From: an uncultured Arcobacteraceae bacterium
Lineage (GTDB): Bacteria; Campylobacterota; Campylobacteria; Campylobacterales; Arcobacteraceae
Length of the DNA stretch: 64,000 nt
Assembly (NCBI GenBank): GCA_964022095.1
Contig: CAXHZO010000001.1
Location: 342,435-406,434, forward strand
Direction of reading: 5' to 3'
In this document: positions 1 to 9,728 of the stretch, one piece after another
Layout: every line of letters begins with the position of its first letter
Numbering within the stretch: position 1 is the stretch's first letter
Position numbers and translations under genes: made by a program
The notes under the pieces: generated by a model
Seen by the model: the letters and a program-made list of their open reading frames with translations, nothing else
Told to the model about the DNA's origin: nothing
The model's database searches: none

Positions 1-2551
1 TTTTGATTTAAAAGACAATAGTCATGTTGACAGTAAATTAATCTCTTTTTCACTAAATAAAAAAATAGATACTAAAAAACCAACAGTAAATTTTGAAATA
101 ATCAATAATGATTTTTATATTTCATCTAACTTAAAACTAACACAACATACACAAGATATGACTCAAAAAAGAGATATAAAAGCAAATACAAAAATCAAAC
201 TTGATATAGGCTCTATTTTTCAAATAGGGCAAACACATTTTAGAATACCCCAAGCTCAAATAAAAGGAAATGTGGCAATTGTAAGTGACTTTACAAATGA
301 AATACCAAAAGAGATGCAGTTAAATGCAGTAATTTTAGATGTGACTTACAATAATAATACTATAGAAGTTCCTTTATATGGTAGAGGTGGTTCAAATAAA
401 GGAATCTCTAGAAATCTAATAATAGCAAATAAGAATATTAACTTTCAATGGGGAACAAAAGAGTTTACCCTTCCATTTTCAATTTTATTAAATGACTTCA
501 AATTAGATAGATACCCTGGTTCAATGTCCCCTTCTTCATATTCAAGTGACGTAAAAATATATGATAAACAAGCAGGAGATTCATTTGAATATAAAATATA
601 TATGAACAATGTTCTTGATTATAAAGGATATAGATTCTTTCAATCTTCATATAAAATGGATGAAAGTGCAACAATTCTTTCAGTTAACAAAGATCCAGGG
701 AAAATTCCTACATATATAGGTTATGCACTTTTATTTACGGGTTTACTATTAAGTTTATTTATTAGTAATAGTAGATTTAAAAAACTAAGTACAAAAAAAT
801 ATACAGTTGAAAATATAAAACATACATATTCAATAAAAAAAGCAGCGATAACTTTAATCTTAGGATTACTTTTTGTAGTTACTCCACAAGATAGTTTTAG
901 TCAAAATTTAGATGAATCACAAAAGATAATTTTAAATATAGATAAGAATCATAGTGATCAATTAGGTTCATTGATCATTCAAGACTATCAAGGAAGAATA
1001 AAACCTCTTAACTCTTTAGCTATTGAAATTATGAATAAAATTACAAGAAAAAATGAACTTTATGGTTTAGATGCAAACCAATTTTTTATAAGTATGATTT
1101 TATATCCAGAAACTTGGAAGAAGTTAGCTATTTTTAAAGTAAAAAACCCTAAAACTAAAGAGCTTTTAGATTTAAAACCGCAAAGTAAATACTTTAAATT
1201 TAATGATATTTATACAAAATCTGGAGAATATAAACTACAAAATGTTTTAGAAATAGCAAATAATAAAAAAGCTTCATTAAGAAATAAGTTCGACAAAGAA
1301 ATTATCAAAATAGATGAAAGACTAAATATAGCTTATGCTTTATATGTTGGGGATTTTTTAAGAGCATTCCCTTTAAAAGGTGATAAAAATAATAAATGGC
1401 TAAATATAACTGAAGCTACAAGTTATGATAGTACTGAATCAAAATTGATAAATAATATAATCAAAAAATACTATTTTTCCCTAATCCATGGAACTACAAC
1501 GAATAACTGGGATAAAGCAAATAATGTTTTAGAAGAGATAAAAGACTTCCAAATGATTTATGCTTCAAGATTAATTCCAAGTGATTTAAAAATACAAGCA
1601 GAACTATTTTTCAATAAATTTAATATATTTGAAAGACTTACTCCATTTTACTTAATATTAGGATTTGTACTTTTAACCCTTGTATTTATAAATATTTTTA
1701 ACCCAAAAATTAAAATAACTAAAGTGACAAAAATAACTTTATATTTTCTAATTGTAGCTTTTATTTTACATACAATTGGTTTAGCTTTAAGATGGTATAT
1801 TTCAGGTCATGCTCCATGGTCAAATGGATATGAATCTATGATTTATATTGCATGGGCTATTGCTTTATCTGGAATATTCTTCTCAAAACATTCTCATCTA
1901 GCCCTTGCAACAACTTCTATATTAAGTGGTATTACACTTTTTGTAGCTCACTTAAGCTGGATGGAGCCACAAATTACAACTTTAGCACCAGTACTTAAAT
2001 CTTACTGGCTTACTATTCATGTAAGTGTAATTACAGCTAGTTATGGATTTTTAGCACTTAGTGCACTTTTAGGATTTATTTCATTATGCTTATTTATCTT
2101 TGCAAATCCAAAAAAAGAAAATGATAGATTTTTCAGAATTTTAGTAAGTATTAAAGAATCAAATAGAATCAATGAAATGTCAATTCTTTTAGGACTTGTA
2201 TTACTTGTAATTGGAAACTTTTTAGGTGGTATTTGGGCCAATGAATCATGGGGTAGATATTGGGGTTGGGATCCTAAGGAGACTTGGACTTTAATTTCAA
2301 TTATCATTTATGCAATTATTCTTCATTTAAAATACATTAAAGATGCTTTTAATGATTATACCTTAAGTGTGTTATCTGTAATTAGCTATTTTAGTATTAT
2401 TATGACTTATTTTGGAGTAAACTATTTTTTAAGTGGTAAACATTCTTATGCAGCTGGGGATCCAATACAAATTCCAACATTTGTATACGTATCAATTATT
2501 ATCATATTTGCTGTAATTACAATGTCTTTTAAAAATAGAAAAGTGCTTTAA
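1..2551 (+). CDS. ccsA: Cytochrome c biogenesis system II protein, fused CcsB/CcsA (CcsBA/NrfI-like); 5'-truncated by window edge
   Basis: WWD motif WGRYWGWDPKETW, GHAPWSNGYE, YWLTIHV, VNYFLSGKHSY; ResB-like part DRYPGSMSPSSYSS/MNNVLDYKGYRFFQSSY. Frame is open from base 2 to the ATG at 158, so the true start is upstream of the window. Confidence 0.92.
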   Translation, partial: FDLKDNSHVDSKLISFSLNKKIDTKKPTVNFEIINNDFYISSNLKLTQHTQDMTQKRDIKANTKIKLDIGSIFQIGQTHFRIPQAQIKGNVAIVSDFTNEIPKEMQLNAVILDVTYNNNTIEVPLYGRGGSNKGISRNLIIANKNINFQWGTKEFTLPFSILLNDFKLDRYPGSMSPSSYSSDVKIYDKQAGDSFEYKIYMNNVLDYKGYRFFQSSYKMDESATILSVNKDPGKIPTYIGYALLFTGLLLSLFISNSRFKKLSTKKYTVENIKHTYSIKKAAITLILGLLFVVTPQDSFSQNLDESQKIILNIDKNHSDQLGSLIIQDYQGRIKPLNSLAIEIMNKITRKNELYGLDANQFFISMILYPETWKKLAIFKVKNPKTKELLDLKPQSKYFKFNDIYTKSGEYKLQNVLEIANNKKASLRNKFDKEIIKIDERLNIAYALYVGDFLRAFPLKGDKNNKWLNITEATSYDSTESKLINNIIKKYYFSLIHGTTTNNWDKANNVLEEIKDFQMIYASRLIPSDLKIQAELFFNKFNIFERLTPFYLILGFVLLTLVFINIFNPKIKITKVTKITLYFLIVAFILHTIGLALRWYISGHAPWSNGYESMIYIAWAIALSGIFFSKHSHLALATTSILSGITLFVAHLSWMEPQITTLAPVLKSYWLTIHVSVITASYGFLALSALLGFISLCLFIFANPKKENDRFFRILVSIKESNRINEMSILLGLVLLVIGNFLGGIWANESWGRYWGWDPKETWTLISIIIYAIILHLKYIKDAFNDYTLSVLSVISYFSIIMTYFGVNYFLSGKHSYAAGDPIQIPTFVYVSIIIIFAVITMSFKNRKVL

Positions 2552-2691
2552 AAGAATATTTTATTACTAATATCTATTTTTAAACTTAAAACTGTAAGTA
2601 TGTTTAAAAACTAATCAAAAAAATTAAGATATTTTTTATAAAGATAGCATTAACATAGCAATTTTTAAGTTTATACAGGTATAATTTTACT

Positions 2692-2834
2692 AAATAAGAA
2701 GTTTTATCATTATCTCTCCTTAGTAAATATTACATATGTAATTATTTCAGATGGAACTTCCTTATTTATTTACTTCTTAATTAAATTTAGTCATACAAGG
2801 AAATGTAGTGGGTACATCTCCTTGTATTTTTTTT
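2692..2834 (+). ncRNA. Candidate intergenic small RNA with CU-rich anti-SD segments
   Basis: TATAAT at 2680-2685; stem TAAGAAGT(2695-2702)/ACTTCTTA(2772-2779); terminator hairpin 2793-2827 plus T-run; no ORF on this strand; lies between convergent genes. Confidence 0.5.
2793..2834 (+). terminator. Intrinsic terminator
   Basis: ATACAAGGA-a-ATGTA-gtggg-TACAT-c-TCCTTGTAT followed by a T-run. Confidence 0.75.
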
Positions 2835-2846
2835 GCCTAAAATTTC

Positions 2847-4595
2847 CTAGATAGTTTCTAAAGTATTATTTCCAGCAGTAGATTTTAAAGACATTTGTCT
2901 TGTAGTATCCATTGTATATGTAGTTGAATCAGTATTATTTAAATAGTGCCAAGTCGTATTTACCTCATCATTAGTAAATGTAACTTCCATAAATCCTCTT
3001 TGATTAAAATTCGCATATAATAAATCATCAATTAATGTTGTAATCGCATATTCAAATTGCATCGAAGCTTGCATTGTAGGTAAACCTACACTTTGTTCAA
3101 ATCCTGGAGAACTAATAGAAGTTGTAGCAAACTCCACTCCTACATTATTCCCAGAATTATCTTTTAAGTTATTTGCCCAAGAGTTATGTGTATCCCCTGA
3201 AAGAACAACTAAGTTTTTACCATAAGCAGCGGCTGTTCCTAAAATCACTTCTCTTTCATAGAAATATCCATCCCATGCATCTAAATTATATGGTAAAAGT
3301 GTAGTTAATCTTACATTTGTAGGATCTGTTAATTTCAGTGTCACAAGTTCAGTAATAGTAGCGTTTAATTGAGTTAAAACTGCAACTTTTTGCTCGGCAT
3401 TTAAAGCTGCATCAAGTTGAGAAATCAATACTAATAATTCTGCTGGTAAAAACATTTTACCCATTAGAACTTGTTGTCCTAAAACCTGCCATTTTGTATT
3501 TGATGATACAAGTTTTGTTTGAAGCCATGTTAATTGTTCACTGCCTAACATAGTTCTTGTATCATTTGTTAAATCAGCAGAAAATGAAGCTGAATCAAAA
3601 TTCCCTAAGTTATCATAATAGTTGATATAGCTTAATTGTTTGTCTCTTCCTATAACTCTAGTATCAAGCATATATAAACTTACTAAATCACCAAACTCGA
3701 AGTTTCTGTATATTGTTTCATTATCATTTTTATCAAATGGTCTTATTGGAAGCCATTCAAAATATGCCTGAAGTGCAGCTAATTTTCTATCTTCAAAATC
3801 ACCTTCAGTGTCATTATGATTTTCTGCTCCATCTTTATATGTATCATTTGCTACTTCATGATCATCCCAAACAGTTATAAATGGCACACTTTTATGTAAA
3901 GCTACTGAGCCTTCATCTGTATGGTATAAAGCATATCTATTTCTATAGTCTTCTAAAGTCAAACATTCTGTATCATTACTACTTGGTAATACTCTTCCAA
4001 TAGTTGAAGCATTTTGAGTAGCATATGCAGGTGTTATACCATCTGATTCAAACATACCATACTCATAAATGTAATCACCTAAATGTACAACAACATCTAA
4101 ATCTTCAATTTTTGATGCTTCCATATATGAGTTAAAATAACCATTTGTATAATTTGCACATGAGAATACTGCCATTTTAACTTGACTTGGATTTGATGAA
4201 ATTGTTTTTGTTTTACCTACTATTGAGATTTTATCATTTGATTTAAATCTATAGTAATAAACTGTGTTTTCTTCTAGATTTTGTAAATCAATTTTTACTG
4301 TATAATCTTGATCTTTTTTAGTAGTTATTTCTCCAGAGTGAGTAAGAGTAGTAAAGTTACTATCTTTTGATACTTCATATCCTAATCTTAAAATATTAAG
4401 TTCTTTTTGTGGAGTCAATCTAGTCCATATGATTAATTTATCAGTAAGAGGATCACCACTAGCAACTCCATGTTTAAAATCAACATCTGTAGGGTTCCAA
4501 ATATTTGCACAGCCACTAAGTCCTGTTGATACAACTAATGAGCAAGCTGTTAGTGCAGAAATTTTTATAAAATCTCTTCTAGAAAGTTTTAACAT
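2847..4595 (-). CDS. phoD: Alkaline phosphatase D family protein, Tat-exported, probable lipoprotein
   Basis: Twin-arginine SRRDFIK, lipobox LSGC, FKHGVASGDP, HLGDYIYE, WDDHE, LDAWDGY, SGDTH motifs. Confidence 0.92.
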   Translation of the reverse strand: MLKLSRRDFIKISALTACSLVVSTGLSGCANIWNPTDVDFKHGVASGDPLTDKLIIWTRLTPQKELNILRLGYEVSKDSNFTTLTHSGEITTKKDQDYTVKIDLQNLEENTVYYYRFKSNDKISIVGKTKTISSNPSQVKMAVFSCANYTNGYFNSYMEASKIEDLDVVVHLGDYIYEYGMFESDGITPAYATQNASTIGRVLPSSNDTECLTLEDYRNRYALYHTDEGSVALHKSVPFITVWDDHEVANDTYKDGAENHNDTEGDFEDRKLAALQAYFEWLPIRPFDKNDNETIYRNFEFGDLVSLYMLDTRVIGRDKQLSYINYYDNLGNFDSASFSADLTNDTRTMLGSEQLTWLQTKLVSSNTKWQVLGQQVLMGKMFLPAELLVLISQLDAALNAEQKVAVLTQLNATITELVTLKLTDPTNVRLTTLLPYNLDAWDGYFYEREVILGTAAAYGKNLVVLSGDTHNSWANNLKDNSGNNVGVEFATTSISSPGFEQSVGLPTMQASMQFEYAITTLIDDLLYANFNQRGFMEVTFTNDEVNTTWHYLNNTDSTTYTMDTTRQMSLKSTAGNNTLETI

Positions 4596-4650
4596 ATTAT
4601 TACCTTATAATTTTTTAATAATAATATAATAAATTTTATTACAAAATAGC

Positions 4651-4674
4651 CTCAAAGGAGTTAAACCCCTTTGA
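4651..4674 (-). terminator. Hairpin after serS (probable terminator)
   Basis: Minus strand TCAAAGGGG-tttaa-CTCCTTTGA directly after the serS stop. Confidence 0.5.
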
Positions 4675-4676
4675 AA

Positions 4677-5915
4677 TTACATATATTTTTTAAGAACTTC
4701 TGGAATTGCTACAGTTCCATCTGCTTGTTGATAGTTTTCCATAATTGCAACTAATGTTCTTCCAACTGCTAGTGAAGATCCATTTAAAGTATGAGCAAGA
4801 ATATTTTTCTTTCCATCTTTATATCTGATTTTAGCACGTCTTGCTTGGAATTCTTTAGTATTTGAAATTGAGCTTATTTCTCTAAATTTATTTTGTCCAG
4901 GAAGCCATACTTCTAAATCAATTGTAGTTGCTGCACTAAATCCAAGGTCACCAGTACATAATTGAACTTTTTGGTGAGCAAGTCCTAAAGAAGTTAATAA
5001 ATCACTAGCACAAGCAACCATTTTTTCAAATACTTCAGCTGATTGCTCTTGTTTTGTAATAGCAACCATTTCAACTTTGTCAAATTGGTGTTGTCTTATT
5101 AATCCTCTTGTATCACGTCCTGCACTTCCTGCTTCTTTTCTAAAACAAGGAGTATAAGAAGTTAACATTAAAGGTAATTCTTCAGAGGGAACAATTTCGT
5201 CATTATAAAGATTTGTTAAACTAACTTCAGCAGTAGGAATTAAGTATAAATCTTCACCTTCAATTTTAAATAAATCATCTTCAAATTTTGGTAATTGTCC
5301 AGTTCCCTGAAGTGTATTTGAGTTTGCCATAAATGGAACATACCACTCTTCAAAACCTCTTTGTCTATTAAAGTCAAGCATATAATTAATAAGTGCTCGC
5401 TCTAATCTTGCACCTTGACCTTTAATAGCTGAGAATCTAGATTTTGCTAGCTTAACTCCTCTTTCAAAGTCTAACCAACCATTAGGTAAATCCCAATGCT
5501 CTTTTGGTTCAAAATCAAATGTTGGCTTTTCACCAATAGTTTCTAAAACAACATTTTCATCTTCATCAGCACCATCTGGTACATTTTCATCTGGTAAATT
5601 TGGAACACCTAAAGCAAGAGAAGTTAGCTCATCTTCAATAACTCTTACTTCATCTTCCATTGTTTGTTTATTGTATTTTAATTCATTTATTTCAGCTTGA
5701 AGAGAAGCAATATCTAAGCCCTCTTTTTTATATCTTCCAAACTCTTTTGATAATTTATTTTGCTGTGCAGTGATATCTTCCATCTCTTGTCTTTTTGCTT
5801 TTGCAGTAAATGAGATGTTTTGTAGATTATCAAGAATATCTTGTGATACGCCTTTTCTTTTTAAAGCGCTTGCAGTTGTTTCAAAGTCTTTTTGTAGTTG
5901 TTTTATATCAATCAT
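4677..5915 (-). CDS. serS: Serine--tRNA ligase
   Basis: [46 protein letters not shown]. Confidence 0.98.
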   Translation of the reverse strand: MIDIKQLQKDFETTASALKRKGVSQDILDNLQNISFTAKAKRQEMEDITAQQNKLSKEFGRYKKEGLDIASLQAEINELKYNKQTMEDEVRVIEDELTSLALGVPNLPDENVPDGADEDENVVLETIGEKPTFDFEPKEHWDLPNGWLDFERGVKLAKSRFSAIKGQGARLERALINYMLDFNRQRGFEEWYVPFMANSNTLQGTGQLPKFEDDLFKIEGEDLYLIPTAEVSLTNLYNDEIVPSEELPLMLTSYTPCFRKEAGSAGRDTRGLIRQHQFDKVEMVAITKQEQSAEVFEKMVACASDLLTSLGLAHQKVQLCTGDLGFSAATTIDLEVWLPGQNKFREISSISNTKEFQARRAKIRYKDGKKNILAHTLNGSSLAVGRTLVAIMENYQQADGTVAIPEVLKKYM

Positions 5916-5986
5916 TCTAAACTCTTTGTACTTATTTTTTGTGGCATTATAGCTAAAAAAATCTACAAAGAGATTAGATGAAAAAT

Positions 5987-6193
5987 TTATCCGTTCATTT
6001 CCATTTTTATAATAACTTCATCATTTATATATTCAGCTTTAAATTTATGTTTGTGACAGAAGTCTTCATTCATTGCCATACACATTTCTTGTGCTTTTTG
6101 TAATGCTTCATCTACTGTTTCAAATTGTGTTTCAGCTTCAAAATCAGAATTTCTAAAACATCCACATTGTCTTTCAACTTTTACAATTGTCAT
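5987..6193 (-). CDS. Small Cys/His-containing hypothetical protein (68 aa)
   Basis: Strong AGGAG RBS upstream; motifs QCGCF and FCHKHKF. Confidence 0.8.
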   Translation of the reverse strand: MTIVKVERQCGCFRNSDFEAETQFETVDEALQKAQEMCMAMNEDFCHKHKFKAEYINDEVIIKMEMNG

Positions 6194-6272
6194 AATATCT
6201 ATCTCCTATAATTTTTTTCGAAATTGTAGCATAAACTTTTTACAATATCTTTTATAAATCAATAATTAATAG

Positions 6273-6287
6273 TTATCAAATTGATAA
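6273..6287. promoter_or_regulatory. Palindromic candidate operator in divergent promoter region
   Basis: TTATCAA-a-TTGATAA perfect 7-1-7 inverted repeat. Confidence 0.4.
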
Positions 6288-6339
6288 ACTAGTAATATAT
6301 CTTATGACAAATAACAAAAAATTTTATGAAAGAATATAT

Positions 6340-7617
6340 ATGAAATACAAATTTTTAACAGTTTCTATTCCTATTTTGATTTTTATTATCGCATCTTTTT
6401 ACATTACAGCACAGTTTATAAAACCAAGCCCAAAAAAGGAGATTACAATTGCAACGGGTTCAAAATCTGGTCAATATTATCAAACTGCACTAAAATATAA
6501 AGAGCTTTTAGAAAAAGAGAAAGTTACAGTAAATATCATAAATACAAGTGGTTCTATTGAAAACTTAGAGCTAATTCAAGAAAACAAAGCAGATATTGCT
6601 TTTGTTCAAAATGGCAGTGTAAAAGATACTAAAGATATTGAAGCATTAGCTTCTGTTTATAATGAACCTTTATGGATTTTTTTTAATAACAATATAGAAA
6701 AAACAAACTATATAAAAGATTTTGTTGGTAAGAAAATCTCAATTGGGGCTTTTAAAAGTGGAACTGAAGATTTGAGTTTAGAAGTTTTAAACACAAATGG
6801 ACTTGATAATTCAAATACTGAATTTGTAAACCTAGATTCAACACAAGCAAAACAATCACTTCTAAATGGAGATATAGATGCTATCTTTTTAGTAACATCT
6901 GCAAATAATACAATAATAAAAGAATTACTTTTAGAAAAAGATATTTCGCTTTTTTCATTTAGAAGAGCAAATGCTTATGGCAAAAAGTTTAATTACTTAA
7001 ATGCTGTGAATCTTCATGAAGGAACTATAAACCTTCATAAAAATTTACCAAATGAAGATAAAAAACTATTAGCAACATCAGCTTTACTAATAGCTCATAA
7101 AGATTTTTCAGATGAATTAATTAGAATCTTACTTAAAAAAGTAAAAGAAGTACACGCTCCTAAAAGTATGTTCTCACAAGCAGGTGAATTTCCAACAAAA
7201 TTTGGAATAACAATTTCTATGAATGAAGAAGCTGACAGATACCTAACATATGGCGATACTTGGTTAGAGAAGATCTTTCCATATTGGATAGCTTCAAACC
7301 TAGATAGATTAAAAATTTTACTAATTCCATTATTAACTTTAATGATTCCTATTTTTAAAGGAGTATTTCCTTTATATAGATGGAGTATTAGATCTAAAAT
7401 TTATAGATGGTATGATGAGCTTCAAGAGCTAGATTTATCTTTAGATGGATTACAAAAAGATGAAATGCTTAAAAAAATCGAAGAACTTGAAGTACTAAAA
7501 AAAGAGATAAAAGATGAAACAAAAGTTCCATTAGCATATATGGGTGAATATTATGATCTTATTATGCATATAGAATTAATCATCTCAAAGGCAAATATAC
7601 GAATTCACGGTGAGTAA
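6340..7617 (+). CDS. TAXI-family (TRAP) solute-binding protein with N-terminal anchor and C-terminal TM/helical extension
   Basis: ITIATGSKSGQY, TSGSIENL, ADIAFVQNG, GKKISIG..SGT; hydrophobic ILLIPLLTLMIPIF near the C-terminus. Start 6340 preferred, 6304 possible. Confidence 0.8.
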   Translation: MKYKFLTVSIPILIFIIASFYITAQFIKPSPKKEITIATGSKSGQYYQTALKYKELLEKEKVTVNIINTSGSIENLELIQENKADIAFVQNGSVKDTKDIEALASVYNEPLWIFFNNNIEKTNYIKDFVGKKISIGAFKSGTEDLSLEVLNTNGLDNSNTEFVNLDSTQAKQSLLNGDIDAIFLVTSANNTIIKELLLEKDISLFSFRRANAYGKKFNYLNAVNLHEGTINLHKNLPNEDKKLLATSALLIAHKDFSDELIRILLKKVKEVHAPKSMFSQAGEFPTKFGITISMNEEADRYLTYGDTWLEKIFPYWIASNLDRLKILLIPLLTLMIPIFKGVFPLYRWSIRSKIYRWYDELQELDLSLDGLQKDEMLKKIEELEVLKKEIKDETKVPLAYMGEYYDLIMHIELIISKANIRIHGE

Positions 7618-7666
7618 TTTTAGCTACTTTTGATATAATATCACCAAAAAATATAAGGACTTTGAT

Positions 7667-8632
7667 TTGAGAATTTTATCAGGTATTCAACCATCAGGAA
7701 CTATTCATATCGGAAACTATTTTGGTATGGTAAAAAAGATGATTGAATCACAAGATCAGGGTGAATTATTTGCATTTATTGCATCTTATCATGCCCTAAC
7801 TTCAGTAAAAGAAAAAGAGGTTTTAGAGCAAAACACTTTTGAAGCAGCAGTAAACTTTCTAGCACTTGGAATGGACCCAGAAAAATCTACATTTTGGGTA
7901 CAGCATCATGTAAAAGAGGTTTTAGAGCTTTACTGGATATTATCAAATCATACTTCTATGGGGCTTTTAGAAAGAGCTCACTCATACAAAGATAAAACTG
8001 CAAAGGGTATTCAAGCAAATCATGGATTGTTTTCATACCCTGTTTTAATGGCAGCAGATATCTTACTATTTGATTCAAATATCGTTCCAGTTGGAAAAGA
8101 CCAAATCCAACACGTAGAGATGACAAGAGATATTGCAAATAGCTTTAATCATCACTACAACACAGATATTTTAGTTTTACCTGAAGCGAAGGTTGATGAA
8201 GTGGTTGCAACAGTTCCAGGAACTGATGGTGCAAAAATGTCAAAATCGTATAACAACACTATTGATATGTTCAACACTAAGAAAAAAATCAAAAAGCAAG
8301 TTATGGGAATAGTAACTGATTCAAAAGAACTTGATGAGCCAAAAGAGTGGGAAAACTGTAATGTATATAAGCTTTGTGAACTATTTATGAACGAAGATGA
8401 ATTAAAAGAGTTACAACAAAGATATGCAACTCCAGGTGAAGGTTATGGACACTTTAAATTAAGTTTATTTGATAAAATCAATGAACATTTTGAACCATAC
8501 GCTCAAAAAAGAGAGCACTACTTAAACAATCCAAAAGAAGTACATGAAATCTTAGCACATGGTGCAAGTAAAGCTAAAAAAATAGCTGCTGCTAAAATGG
8601 AAGTTATTAGAGATACTGTGGGGTTGATTTAG
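7667..8632 (+). CDS. trpS: Tryptophan--tRNA ligase
   Basis: SGIQPSG, HIGN, YPVLMAADIL, VPVGKDQ, KMSKS; TTG start with AAGGA RBS. Confidence 0.98.
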   Translation: MRILSGIQPSGTIHIGNYFGMVKKMIESQDQGELFAFIASYHALTSVKEKEVLEQNTFEAAVNFLALGMDPEKSTFWVQHHVKEVLELYWILSNHTSMGLLERAHSYKDKTAKGIQANHGLFSYPVLMAADILLFDSNIVPVGKDQIQHVEMTRDIANSFNHHYNTDILVLPEAKVDEVVATVPGTDGAKMSKSYNNTIDMFNTKKKIKKQVMGIVTDSKELDEPKEWENCNVYKLCELFMNEDELKELQQRYATPGEGYGHFKLSLFDKINEHFEPYAQKREHYLNNPKEVHEILAHGASKAKKIAAAKMEVIRDTVGLI

Positions 8633-8635
8633 TTA

Positions 8636-8666
8636 AAATATAAAAGAGACTTTCTCTTTTATATTT
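8636..8666. terminator. Bidirectional terminator-like hairpin after trpS
   Basis: AAATATAAAAGAGA-ctt-TCTCTTTTATATTT. Confidence 0.7.
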
Positions 8667-8961
8667 ATTTATATTTTTTCCAATCAGATGAATAAAACAT
8701 TCTAATACTTAATATAGTATATAGAAGACAAATAAATATAATATACTCAAATGATAATTCAAATACACTGTAAAAAAATAATGATGGATATATTATTCCA
8801 GAAAAAACAATAGCAATTATTTGTGAATAAAGTAACTCTTGCCAAAAAAGTTTAATCTTAAAAATATGTGGGAATAATATTCAAAAAAATAATCCTCCTA
8901 TATAAGAAGGTATTAAAAATATCAAAATCCATATAAATAAAGACAATTCATTATAACTCAT
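8665..8961 (-). pseudogene. Small hydrophobic membrane protein gene (98 codons) with one in-frame TGA at codon 27
   Basis: Manual translation MSYNELSLFIWILIFLIPSYIGGLFF*ILFPHIFKIKLFWQELLYSQIIAIVFSGIIYPSLFFYSVFELSFEYIIFICLLYTILSIRMFYSSDWKKYK; TGA at 8883-8881; ends at the shared terminator. Confidence 0.6.
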
Positions 8962-9035
8962 AAAATACTCTTATTTTTAAGATATACAAAGAATACAATA
9001 AATTTTATAAGATTATTATTTAGTAAGATTGATAT

Positions 9036-9728
9036 TTATTTCTTACAAACAAATATCAATTTGTCAGCATCTTCATCACTATGAAGGTTAAAGTCTCTTA
9101 TTTCTTTTACTTCAAAACCACATTTTTTAAGTACTTTTTCTAAATACTGTTTTGAGTGATACTCTTGAGTAATACTATCACTCTCTTTTGTAAAAGTTCC
9201 ATTATCATTTTGTGTAAATAGCGTGAAATCTGTTTGTAGTTTTTCTTCATCAAAGTTTGCATCAATACCTATAAATCTATTTTCTAAATCTATATTAATA
9301 CACCCTTGAGCAACCATATCAAAACCAAAGTATGAATTAACATCAAATACAAAGTATCCATCAGTATTTAAAACCTCATATGTTTCTTTGATAAAATTTT
9401 CTAAGTCATTTTTTGAAATATAGTTTAATACATCAAAAATTGCAGTCGCACAATCAAATTTTTGATTAACTTCATTTAGTGGTATAGCTTTTGCGTCTAA
9501 GCCTTTTTCTTGACAAACTTTTATTTGCTCAATACTTAGGTCCGTTCCAAAAGCTTTTTTGTCATTTATTTTAAGATTCTCTAAAAAGTACCCTTGTCCA
9601 CATCCAATATCAATGATATTATCAAGTTCATTTACCATCACAAACTCCATAAACTGTTTGTGTAGTGAGTAAACCTCATCCTCGAAATCTAAATATGGCT
9701 CTATTTTAGAGTATAAATCTAATCCCAT
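9036..9728 (-). CDS. Class I SAM-dependent methyltransferase
   Basis: IIDIGCGQG motif I, FDVLNY, GYFVFDVN. Confidence 0.88.
   Translation of the reverse strand: MGLDLYSKIEPYLDFEDEVYSLHKQFMEFVMVNELDNIIDIGCGQGYFLENLKINDKKAFGTDLSIEQIKVCQEKGLDAKAIPLNEVNQKFDCATAIFDVLNYISKNDLENFIKETYEVLNTDGYFVFDVNSYFGFDMVAQGCINIDLENRFIGIDANFDEEKLQTDFTLFTQNDNGTFTKESDSITQEYHSKQYLEKVLKKCGFEVKEIRDFNLHSDEDADKLIFVCKK

Noticed and set aside
8881-8883. In-frame TGA as selenocysteine
   Set aside because: Hydrophobic non-redox context and no evident SECIS-like hairpin downstream.
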